Assembly (NCBI GenBank): GCA_021162685.1 | Contig: JAGGYF010000007.1 | Coordinates: 1-29,521 of the forward strand | Reading direction: 5' to 3' | DNA from: Candidatus Iainarchaeum sp. | GTDB taxonomy: Archaea; B1Sed10-29; WALL01 | Length of the DNA stretch: 29,521 bases | Part shown: positions 9,247-16,730 of the stretch, in pieces | Layout: every line of letters starts with the position of its first letter | How positions within the stretch are numbered: position 1 is the first letter of the stretch | Notes under the pieces: model-generated | What the model saw: only the letters and a program-made list of their open reading frames with translations | Told to the model about the DNA's origin: nothing | Database searches by the model: none | Translations under genes and position numbers: made by a program

Positions 9247-10092
9247 TCACATCACCGATAACGCTTTTTCAACTCCTCTCCTCACCTTCTCTACTGATGC
9301 ATCAAACATCTTTTTATGTTGTTCTGTCATCTCCTCCTCAATAATCTGCTCAACACCGTTTCTTCCAATCCTGGCTGGTACACCAATTGCCACATCCTTA
9401 ACACCATATTCCCCATCAAGAATACATGAACATGGGAGTATTTCTTTTGTGTCATCAAGCACTGCTTTTACTTGGTGAGCAACGCATGCTGCTGGTGCAT
9501 ACACTGTTCCCTTCTTCAAAGCAATAACCTTATCATTAACCTTGCTCACTTCCTCTGCAACTGTAACTGGATTATCAACAAGTGGGACCTTTGTTCTTCC
9601 ATGTTCCCCAATGACCACGCCTTCGTAACCAATACTATGCAACCTAGCAGTATCTAATAGACCACCCATACCAAAGACCCTGTGTCTTGGTAATCCAGAT
9701 GCTTTCCATGCTACATATGTCATAACATCCATAGGGTTTGTGACCACAACGATTATGCCATCTGGATTATGTTCCACAATGTTCTTTGCTATCCCAGATA
9801 CAATCTTTGTATTTATCTCAATCAATTGCATTCTGTCCATGTCTGCTGTTCTTGGCTTTCCTGCTATAATTACACTAACATCAGAACCACTTACGTGTGT
9901 GTAGTCGTTGCCTCCATATGTAACAACGGGATTTCCAAGTGCATATGATGCTTGCTTTATATCCAATGCCTCACCTTCTGCAAGGTCCTCTATGATATCT
10001 ATCAGGACAAGTTCATCAAGATTCAATTGGTGAAGCATGGAAAATGCTGCTGCGCTTCCTACCCTTCCTGCTCCAATAATACTAACCTTCAT
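9247..10092 (-). CDS. mdh: LDH-like malate dehydrogenase
   Basis: GAGRVG Rossmann motif; AGKPR..MDR with Arg at the specificity position; TNPMD, LDTAR and GEHG; GGTGA SD before ATG 10092. Confidence 0.88.
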   Translation of the reverse strand: MKVSIIGAGRVGSAAAFSMLHQLNLDELVLIDIIEDLAEGEALDIKQASYALGNPVVTYGGNDYTHVSGSDVSVIIAGKPRTADMDRMQLIEINTKIVSGIAKNIVEHNPDGIIVVVTNPMDVMTYVAWKASGLPRHRVFGMGGLLDTARLHSIGYEGVVIGEHGRTKVPLVDNPVTVAEEVSKVNDKVIALKKGTVYAPAACVAHQVKAVLDDTKEILPCSCILDGEYGVKDVAIGVPARIGRNGVEQIIEEEMTEQHKKMFDASVEKVRRGVEKALSVM

Positions 10093-10101
10093 ATGAATCA
10101 C

Positions 10102-10848
10102 CTACAACTGTTGGTATGGTGGACGTGGTGATGGAATTATAGGACATATGCATGTGCCATCCGATATCTCAACTGTTTTCTCGCTGTATGCAACAGCAGA
10201 ACCCTTTGAATCTATTGCCTCTACGCGATATGTATGTGTACCGCTTCCAGGATTATGTTCAAATGTAGTTGATGTTGTCTCTCCTACTTTACTTCCATCC
10301 ATAAGTATTCTATAGTAACTGAAACATCCGCCTATATCCGTTACTACTGGGTTCCAGCTCAATGAAACATATTGGTCTGTATAATAACACTGTCCTGTTT
10401 GTGGTCTCAGGCATCTCTTAATTCCTTTTCTTGAGAGTACATCTGCACTCAAGCCACTGATAGAAAGTGTTGGGCAAACTGCTTCAAGTTGAATGCCAGA
10501 ACCTCCTCCGCCAGTATAATAGTAGACTCCAAATCCTCCTCCACTGGGTTTTGTTCCTATCTCAACAATCTCCTCCCCTGAAGCATTGCCTTCTGCAACA
10601 AGTTCTGGTTCGTATTCATCCCCTTTATACACAACCTTCTCTGGTGCTGTCTGTGGAGTGCCATCATATGGTTCGTCATACCCAACAAGTTCCACACCCT
10701 TCAGACTCGCTCTATATTTGTCGTATGTAACAATAGATATCTCTTGAGGGGGCTGTGCTGTGCGGAAGATGAGTATAGAGACAATAACAGAGAATATGAG
10801 AATACCTGCAAATATTAGTATATGCTCCAATGCTGCTTGTCCCTTCAT
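10102..10848 (-). CDS. Class III signal peptide (pilin-like) surface protein with a C-terminal FN3/Ig-like domain
   Basis: MKG|QAALEHILIFAGILIF N-terminus; C-terminal VSLSWNP...YYRI..DG..VGET...TYRVEAID resembles FN3. Confidence 0.7.
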   Translation of the reverse strand: MKGQAALEHILIFAGILIFSVIVSILIFRTAQPPQEISIVTYDKYRASLKGVELVGYDEPYDGTPQTAPEKVVYKGDEYEPELVAEGNASGEEIVEIGTKPSGGGFGVYYYTGGGGSGIQLEAVCPTLSISGLSADVLSRKGIKRCLRPQTGQCYYTDQYVSLSWNPVVTDIGGCFSYYRILMDGSKVGETTSTTFEHNPGSGTHTYRVEAIDSKGSAVAYSEKTVEISDGTCICPIIPSPRPPYQQL

Positions 10849-11570
10849 GCACGCACCTCAAACAGATGTATGAACTCTTCAACAGATAGTTGTTCGGGTC
10901 TTTTTCCTACACCTTCCACCTTTTTCCTCCTGTGCCTGAACAACTCTGTAACAAATCTTTCGAATGCGTTATTTTTATCCCTTGCCCTTTTAAAAAGGAG
11001 GGCTTTTGAGTGTATTGGCGGTTCTGGAAAGAAATCGCTCTTGTATAGGTCTGCTATAACGCTAATATCAGCATAGTACTGAGCAATAACAGATATCCTG
11101 GAGTATTGCTCTGTATTCGGCTTTGCCATCAATTTGTTAGCAAACTCCTTCTGACATATGATTGCACCTAACTCAAAGTTAGTTCTGAGAAGTTTTAGTG
11201 TTAATGGCAGAGAAAGTGAGTATGGGATATCTGAAAAGAATTTGTTTGCATCTGGGAATGTTATCTTACGTGCATCAGCCATAATAACCTCAACATTTCC
11301 TGGACACTCCTTCCTAAGGATTGATACCATTCTTATGTCCTTTTCTATTGCCACAACCTTCTTTACTCTCCGTGCTATAATGCTTGTTATGATACCTGGG
11401 CCAGCACCAACCTCAAGAACCACATCATTATTATTGAGCTTTAATGCATCCAATACCTTCTCAAGAACATCATCGTTCACAAGGAAGTATTGATCAAAAC
11501 GTTTGCTTGGTTTTATCCCATATTTGTTCAAATAATAAGCGACTAGTGTCCTCAAACTCATGCGCTCCAT
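10845..11570 (-). CDS. rsmA: 16S rRNA m6(2)A dimethyltransferase RsmA/KsgA
   Basis: PSKRFDQYFL, VLEVGAGPG, AIEKD, SDIPYS, QKEFA, FFPEP and RRKK; conserved position after DUF655. Confidence 0.92.
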   Translation of the reverse strand: MERMSLRTLVAYYLNKYGIKPSKRFDQYFLVNDDVLEKVLDALKLNNNDVVLEVGAGPGIITSIIARRVKKVVAIEKDIRMVSILRKECPGNVEVIMADARKITFPDANKFFSDIPYSLSLPLTLKLLRTNFELGAIICQKEFANKLMAKPNTEQYSRISVIAQYYADISVIADLYKSDFFPEPPIHSKALLFKRARDKNNAFERFVTELFRHRRKKVEGVGKRPEQLSVEEFIHLFEVRA

Positions 11571-12145
11571 CACATTCTCCTTCTCTCTTCTCTTCTCTTA
11601 GAAGGCGGAGCAGTAAAAAGATAATATTTTACATCATCTCCTTTGAGTTCCTCCAAAACCCTCTCCTGAATAACGCGAACAGGATTTGGCATGAGGTGAA
11701 CCCTCTTTGAGATATCCTCAAAACTCTCAAATGGTTTCTTTTCCCTCTCCTCTAATATGCTCTGCATGTGTTTCTTTCCTATGCTTGGAAGCAACTCCAA
11801 TGAATGCTTTCTTATGGATATTGCTCCTGCTTTGTTGAAGAACTCAACGAACTTTTTCTCGTTTGCTTTTATCAACTCTTCAACAACGCCTTCAAGCTCT
11901 GCCTTTGCAGTGCTTGTAAGTTTGTCGTAGGACAATCTGCCCTTTATGAACTTTATCTCCTTTCTTTCGCCTGAACCGATGTACACCTTTTGCCTGAGAT
12001 TTAGGAATACATTTTCTCTTGGAACCAATTCAAGGAGAGTAAAAAATGACGTGCCCACAGCTTGCGCTATCGGTTCTCCTGCATACGAGGACGAATATCC
12101 CCGTGAGAGGTAATCCAACACAATTGCATACTCTTCTTTGTACAT
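11570..12145 (-). CDS. DUF655 putative RNA-binding protein (COG1491)
   Basis: EEYAIVLDYL, AQAVG..FFTLLEL, HSLELLPSIGKK and PFESFEDI; located between rpo4 and rsmA. Confidence 0.92.
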   Translation of the reverse strand: MYKEEYAIVLDYLSRGYSSSYAGEPIAQAVGTSFFTLLELVPRENVFLNLRQKVYIGSGERKEIKFIKGRLSYDKLTSTAKAELEGVVEELIKANEKKFVEFFNKAGAISIRKHSLELLPSIGKKHMQSILEEREKKPFESFEDISKRVHLMPNPVRVIQERVLEELKGDDVKYYLFTAPPSKRREERRRM

Positions 12146-12151
12146 CCTTCC

Positions 12152-12490
12152 TCACTTTCTATATTTATCAACAAGGGACAATACCTTCTTTATGTCATCA
12201 TCACTTAGTTTGTATCGCTTTTTCTCCATGATTACTCTAAGGTCGTCTTTGTCCATAGGCATGTTATCAACAATCATAACTGCAATGTGTTCATCTATCT
12301 TTCCTATCTTCTTGAGTTCCTCTACGAGCTCTGCTGCCTTCGTGGGAGCAAGCTTCCCAAACTCAGATACATGTTCATAAGCAAGTTTCTGTTCGTATGA
12401 TAGCTCTGCCTCTCTCTTTCTTTTCTGGAGCAATGCTTTTGCCTCGCTTAGTGTTATCTCTCTTTCATCAATAACTTCTTTCCCAATCAA
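12152..12490 (-). CDS. rpo4: RNA polymerase subunit F (Rpo4)
   Basis: MIGKEVIDE..ITLSEAK, LSYEQKLAYEH and IVDNMP; TTG start with GGAGG SD; follows rpl21e. Confidence 0.92.
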   Translation of the reverse strand: MIGKEVIDEREITLSEAKALLQKRKREAELSYEQKLAYEHVSEFGKLAPTKAAELVEELKKIGKIDEHIAVMIVDNMPMDKDDLRVIMEKKRYKLSDDDIKKVLSLVDKYRK

Positions 12491-12501
12491 GAATATCCCT
12501 C

Positions 12502-12792
12502 CTACTTTATGGGTTTTAGGTGTACTGGGGACACCAATAAAACCTTCTGCTTTCCTCCGTCTCTTATCTCAACAAGATACGCGCTTCCCTGCTTGCCTTT
12601 TACCACACCGCTTCTCCCCTGGAATCGTGGGTGCGGCATCCCTGAATTCTCTGAACTATCAATAGCAATACTCACCCTCTCTCCTTTTTCAAAGGTTTTG
12701 AGGTACCTATTTATAGCACGTAGGCCCTTCTCTCTGTGGCTTTTCTTCAATTTCCTAGAGTGCTTACTTATCTTTCCTCTGCTCTTTTGCAT
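12502..12792 (-). CDS. rpl21e: 50S ribosomal protein L21e
   Basis: GMPHPRFQGRSGVV.GKQG.AY.VEI.DGGK.K....PVHL motif. Confidence 0.96.
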   Translation of the reverse strand: MQKSRGKISKHSRKLKKSHREKGLRAINRYLKTFEKGERVSIAIDSSENSGMPHPRFQGRSGVVKGKQGSAYLVEIRDGGKQKVLLVSPVHLKPIK

Positions 12793-12915
12793 TTCAAACA
12801 ACTCCGTATCTAACTCAAATCCTTAGGGGATTAGTTTATGCACATTGGTATTTATAAACAGAATGGGGAAACATATATATACTTGTTACTACTAAATAGT
12901 TACAACAGTGGTAGC

Positions 12916-13248
12916 ATGAATGATCAAGAGCTGCTGGAGTTCACGTATCTACTGTTTGGGGTAGGTATAGTCATGCTTGTGTATTATCCCAACCTATTTA
13001 CTGCCCTATTGCCATATGTTGCATTACTTGGTGCATTCTACTTTGTATGGGGGATTATCTCGCGACTAACTGGTGGCTTGCTTGGCGTCCACTTTGCCAG
13101 AAGAAACGACTGGTGGAACGGCATTGTTATACTGACAGTGATTATCCTAGTATATGGCCAGAAAAACACGGCAATAGCCTCTATATATGCCATCATAAAC
13201 ATTATCTGGAGCATATTTACAGGGGTCTTCTCCTTAATTCATGTATAG
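12916..13248 (+). CDS. Small hypothetical multi-pass membrane protein
   Basis: About 110 aa with 3-4 hydrophobic helices; ATG 12916 lies downstream of the TATATATA box near 12880. Confidence 0.65.
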   Translation: MNDQELLEFTYLLFGVGIVMLVYYPNLFTALLPYVALLGAFYFVWGIISRLTGGLLGVHFARRNDWWNGIVILTVIILVYGQKNTAIASIYAIINIIWSIFTGVFSLIHV

Positions 13249-13296
13249 GCTTTATAAATAAAAAGACATCCAATATAAAGCACGCGGGGTGCTTTT

Positions 13297-13566
13297 ATGG
13301 AAGCTAAATTCAAAATAGAGAATATTGTCGCATCAGCGAGTCTGAATGTAGAGCTTGACCTCTACGCCATTGCAAGAAAATTGGATAATGTAGAGTATGA
13401 GCCAGAGCAATTCCCTGGTGCAATCCTAAAGCTCAAGAATCCAAAAACCTCTCTACTGCTTTTTAAGAACGGAAAGCTCATATGCACAGGAGCAAAATCA
13501 GAGGCAGAGGTACATCAGGCCATAGATAAGGCTGTTTCGCTCATAAAACCCTATATAAAGGGTTAG
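13297..13566 (+). CDS. tbp: Single-repeat (half-size) TATA-box-binding protein
   Basis: KIENIVAS..L...LDL, YEPEQFPG, LLLFKNGKLICTGAKS: exactly one TBP repeat (89 aa), then TAG. Has its own TATA (TTTATAAA at ~13251) and a GGGGTG SD. Confidence 0.88.
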   Translation: MEAKFKIENIVASASLNVELDLYAIARKLDNVEYEPEQFPGAILKLKNPKTSLLLFKNGKLICTGAKSEAEVHQAIDKAVSLIKPYIKG

Positions 13567-13567
13567 G

Positions 13568-13575
13568 TTTAAATA
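13568..13575 (+). promoter_or_regulatory. TATA box of the 5S rRNA gene
   Basis: TTTAAATA ending 24 nt upstream of the 5S 5' end. Confidence 0.6.
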
Positions 13576-13599
13576 GAGAATTATACAAAAATATAGGTC

Positions 13600-13720
13600 G
13601 CTGACGGCCATAGCGGAGGGGAAACACCCGGACTCATACCGAACCCGGAAGTTAAGCCCTCCAGCGTTGCAAGTGGTACTAAACTGCGAGAGCGTTTGGG
13701 AAGCTTGCGTCGCTGTCAGC
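13600..13720 (+). rRNA. rrf: 5S rRNA (stand-alone)
   Basis: 121 nt; terminal helix GCTGACGGC/GCTGTCAGC; conserved CGGCCATAGCG, CCGAACCCGGAAGTTAAGCC and GTACT...GGGAA. Confidence 0.96.
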
Positions 13721-13727
13721 ACTTCCT

Positions 13728-13900
13728 CAGCTCCTTTCTTTTTAGAAAAAAGAAAGTGGTTGGCAGTCAAAGAAAAACTATTTCTCTTCTCTCCGAGAAG
13801 CATATTACTGTGGTGCAGCTCCTTTCTTTTTAGAAAAAAGAAAGTAGTTGGCAGTCAAAGAAAAACTATTTCTCTTCTCTCCGAGAAGCATATTACTGTG
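13728..13900. repeat. Tandem direct repeat, 2 x 85 bp (period 88), hairpin-rich
   Basis: 13728-13812 vs 13816-13900 with one mismatch; each unit contains the inverted repeats CTTTCTTTTT-aga-AAAAAGAAAG and CTTCTC-tcc-GAGAAG. Confidence 0.93.
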
Positions 13901-13943
13901 TGCTTTCAGTCCTGCTATTAGGGGGGTGTGGAATCCGAGGGTA

Positions 13944-14200
13944 CGCAAAGCGAAGCAAGGGAGTATATTCCCGTAGTATGCTCTGCGCTTCGCATTGCGC
14001 AGGGGAAACCGCAGGTGTCCCCCAAGACGCTCTTGCATATGGGCGTTCGTTGTGGGATACAAGACCCCACTATTAGAAACTGTTGAGAGGAAGGGGGATG
14101 AATCCCAGGGTTCGCAAAGCGAAGCAAGGGAGTATATTCCCGTAGTATGCTCTGCGCTTCGCATTGCGCGGGGGAAACCGCAGGTGTCCCCCAAGACGCT
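13944..14200. repeat. Two copies of an 88-bp GC-rich palindromic (REP/MITE-like) element
   Basis: 13944-14031 vs 14113-14200 with one mismatch; stems CGCAA.GCGAAGC/GCTTCGC.TTGCG, GGGAGTATATTCCC and GGGGAAACC-gca-GGTGTCCCC. Confidence 0.9.
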
Positions 14201-14454
14201 GCTACGGAGACTATGGGAGAGATTGCTTTTTGCATGAAGATATAACACCATAGAAATATAAAAACATTGAGAAAAGAGGTGCGCCGAAGCGCAACATGAA
14301 AAAATAAAAAACAGTTGCGGAAGTTCGCAACTGCTGTGGCGACTTGTAGTGTTTTCTACATGGTCATTTATAAGCGTTACGCTTGATTGCAATTAGTCTT
14401 CATTTTCCTATTGACACATAACGAAGTGTATCTTGACTAAAAACGAAATAGAAA

Positions 14455-14504
14455 AAGGAGGTGGAGAGATTTCTCCGATTGTGGCAATCCTTTTTCTCTG
14501 TTAA
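14455..14504. other. Isolated copy of the pilin 5' region (SD plus mature N-terminus), lacking the leader codons
   Basis: AAGGAGGTG (14455-63) equals 21174-82, and ATTTCTCCGATTGTGGCA (14469-86) equals 21200-17. Confidence 0.6.
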
Positions 14505-14623
14505 TATATTAAATAATGTCTTGGAACAAATAGAAACAATGTTTTTTTATAGTAAGATATATGGACAGATTAGAGAAATACACTTGGACAGAATTGCAAA
14601 TTGTTCCAACAGCGTGAAATATC

Positions 14624-15505
14624 CTATTTAAGCGAAATTATGTTTGTTTTTCCCTTTGTTTCCTTTTTTATTATATTTCTTTCCTCCATGCTCCTGAGTA
14701 ACCTACTGAGTTTTGCCTTTGAGAAATTTGTTTTCCTCAGTAATTCTGCCTGGGTTATATGCTTGTGTTTTGAGAGAATATCCACGATGTTCTTCTCATC
14801 CTCATTAAGCTGAACTGGGATTTGTCTAATTTTCTGCATTAATGCACTAAGAGCACCTGCTGCCAGAAAATACCCAAAAAGGAATGAGAGGATTATTCCT
14901 GGGATTGCCCATTTTATATCCTTTGTAGGTATGCCTATTATTGTTCGCTCCTTCCTTATCACACTCTCAAAGATGATGAACGTCTCAATGTACTGGTTTG
15001 GAGAAAGATTTGTATCTCTCCATCTTAATATGATATGCCTGCCATCAGACGAGTATTCTGGAGTAGGATAAACAGGGTAGGTCTCTTCCTTTTCATTTGC
15101 AACTACATATCCAACCGGAAGAGACACGTCAAGAGAAAAATGCTCTGTTGCATATGGTATATGTGTCATCAAAAATAACGCCTTTCGTCCTCTTATTTCT
15201 CCAACAACCTGCTCAGATGTGAGCAACACATCAACTGTCACGTTCTTATGCTGAAGCAGTGGTTCATCAAGTACAAGTGCATTATTTGAGTATCTGGCGT
15301 GTTTGACCTCTTTCACTGTGCCATAGGGGAGAGAGATGTTTAACTCCTTTATGGGCCTGGTATCATTATTCATTATATTTAACCTAATGTTCTGCTCTGC
15401 GGACAAATCCTGATTTATGTGTATTGAGACAGCATACTCCAAAAAAACAACTGCATTTGCTGCACTCATAAATAGAACCAACGCAAGAAATAACGGAACA
15501 CGCAT
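14624..15505 (-). CDS. Membrane-anchored winged-HTH regulator (COG2512-like) with an extracellular N-terminal domain
   Basis: Signal peptide MRVPLFLALVLFMSAANA, a beta-rich ectodomain, a TM helix, then LNEDEKNIVDIL...ITQAEL..TNFSKAKLSRLL..MEERNII.KE.KGKTNII. Confidence 0.85.
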   Translation of the reverse strand: MRVPLFLALVLFMSAANAVVFLEYAVSIHINQDLSAEQNIRLNIMNNDTRPIKELNISLPYGTVKEVKHARYSNNALVLDEPLLQHKNVTVDVLLTSEQVVGEIRGRKALFLMTHIPYATEHFSLDVSLPVGYVVANEKEETYPVYPTPEYSSDGRHIILRWRDTNLSPNQYIETFIIFESVIRKERTIIGIPTKDIKWAIPGIILSFLFGYFLAAGALSALMQKIRQIPVQLNEDEKNIVDILSKHKHITQAELLRKTNFSKAKLSRLLRSMEERNIIKKETKGKTNIISLK

Positions 15506-15548
15506 ATTATTATATTGGATACTGGAATATTTATAGGTGGTGCTAACA

Positions 15549-16730
15549 ATGAGCGAGAAAGAGCTTCTCAAAAGGATCAAAACTGGGAAGATAAAATTAC
15601 ATGAAGTTGAAAAGTATGTTCCCATTGAAAAGGCGGTTTATCTCAGAAGAAAAGCATTGGGGAATCTTCCAAACATTGGAACATATTCCATTGACGTAGA
15701 AAGGGCAATGAAGAAGAATGTGGAGAACATGATAGGAGTTGCACAAGTTCCAATGGGTGTTGCAGGACCTGTAAAAATACATGGAAGGTATGCAAAAGGC
15801 ATGTTTTATATTCCGCTTGCAACAACAGAGGGGGCGCTAGTTGCAAGTGTCTCAAGAGGATGCAAGGCAATAAATGAGAGTGGGGGAGCAGATACTTTTG
15901 TTTTGGATAATAAGATGACGAGAGCACCTGTGTTCAGAGCAGATAGCATAAAGAAAGCGCACAAATTTGTTGAGTGGGTAGGGAAACACTTTGAGGAGAT
16001 AAAAAAAGAAACAGAAAAGGGTTCTCGTTTCCTAAAACTTAGACACATAGAACCATGGGTTGCGGGGAGGAATATATTTCTGAGATTTGAATGCACAACA
16101 GGAGATGCAATGGGAATGAACATGATCACAATAGGTGCTCAACAAGCTTGTGACTTCATAGAGAAAAAAACAAAAGTGAGATGCATTTCGGTTTCTGGAA
16201 ATATGTGCGTGGACAAAAAACCTGCGGCATTGAATTTCATAACAGGAAGAGGAAAAAAGGTTGTGGCAGAGGTTGTTCTCAAGAAGAAAGCTGTGAAGAA
16301 TACCCTCAAAACAACACCAGAGGACATGGCTGAGTTATGCTATAGAAAATGTCTAGTAGGATCTGCACAGGCAGGTGCTCTTGGATTCAATTTACATGTT
16401 GCAAACATCCTTGCAGCAATGTATATTGCGACTGGACAAGATCCAGCGCATGTTGTTGACGGAAGCCAAGCCATAACCCTTGCCGAAAATGGGAAAAAAG
16501 GTCTACACGTTAGTGTTACATTGCCTTGCATAGAAGTTGGTACTGTTGGGGGAGGAACAGGACTAGGAACACAACATGAGGCGTTGAAAATTTTGAAATG
16601 TGAAGGCAGTGGAAAAGCATTAAAACTCGCTGAGATTATAGGGGCTGCTGTCCTCGCTGGAGAGATATCATTGATGGGTGCAGAAGCAGCACATCATCTA
16701 GCAAAGGCGCATAGGGAGTTAGGCAGATGA
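15549..16730 (+). CDS. hmgA: HMG-CoA reductase (NADPH, class I)
   Basis: ENMIG, PLATTEGALVAS, TGDAMGMNM, SGNMCVDKK, GQDPAH, VGTVGGGT and the C-terminal catalytic His (LAKAH). Confidence 0.97.
   Translation: MSEKELLKRIKTGKIKLHEVEKYVPIEKAVYLRRKALGNLPNIGTYSIDVERAMKKNVENMIGVAQVPMGVAGPVKIHGRYAKGMFYIPLATTEGALVASVSRGCKAINESGGADTFVLDNKMTRAPVFRADSIKKAHKFVEWVGKHFEEIKKETEKGSRFLKLRHIEPWVAGRNIFLRFECTTGDAMGMNMITIGAQQACDFIEKKTKVRCISVSGNMCVDKKPAALNFITGRGKKVVAEVVLKKKAVKNTLKTTPEDMAELCYRKCLVGSAQAGALGFNLHVANILAAMYIATGQDPAHVVDGSQAITLAENGKKGLHVSVTLPCIEVGTVGGGTGLGTQHEALKILKCEGSGKALKLAEIIGAAVLAGEISLMGAEAAHHLAKAHRELGR

Noticed and set aside
9247-10092. Lactate dehydrogenase
   Set aside because: The specificity loop has Arg (AGKPR), typical of malate dehydrogenase, rather than Gln.
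13728-14200. CRISPR array
   Set aside because: Units are 85-88 bp with only two copies each, there is no repeat-spacer periodicity, and no cas genes are present.
13498-14392. ORFs 13498..13803, 13667..13921, 13805..14392, 13918..14235 and 13995..14237
   Set aside because: They overlap the 5S rRNA and palindromic repeats and have atypical composition; these are spurious translations of repeats.
13900-14400. SRP RNA, RNase P RNA or tRNA after the 5S
   Set aside because: No SRP helix-8 motif, no RNase P P4 consensus, and no cloverleaf with a T-loop could be found by eye.
14200-14623. Replication origin
   Set aside because: No cdc6/orc1 gene is adjacent and no convincing ORB consensus with a G-string is present; kept only as a weak motif note.
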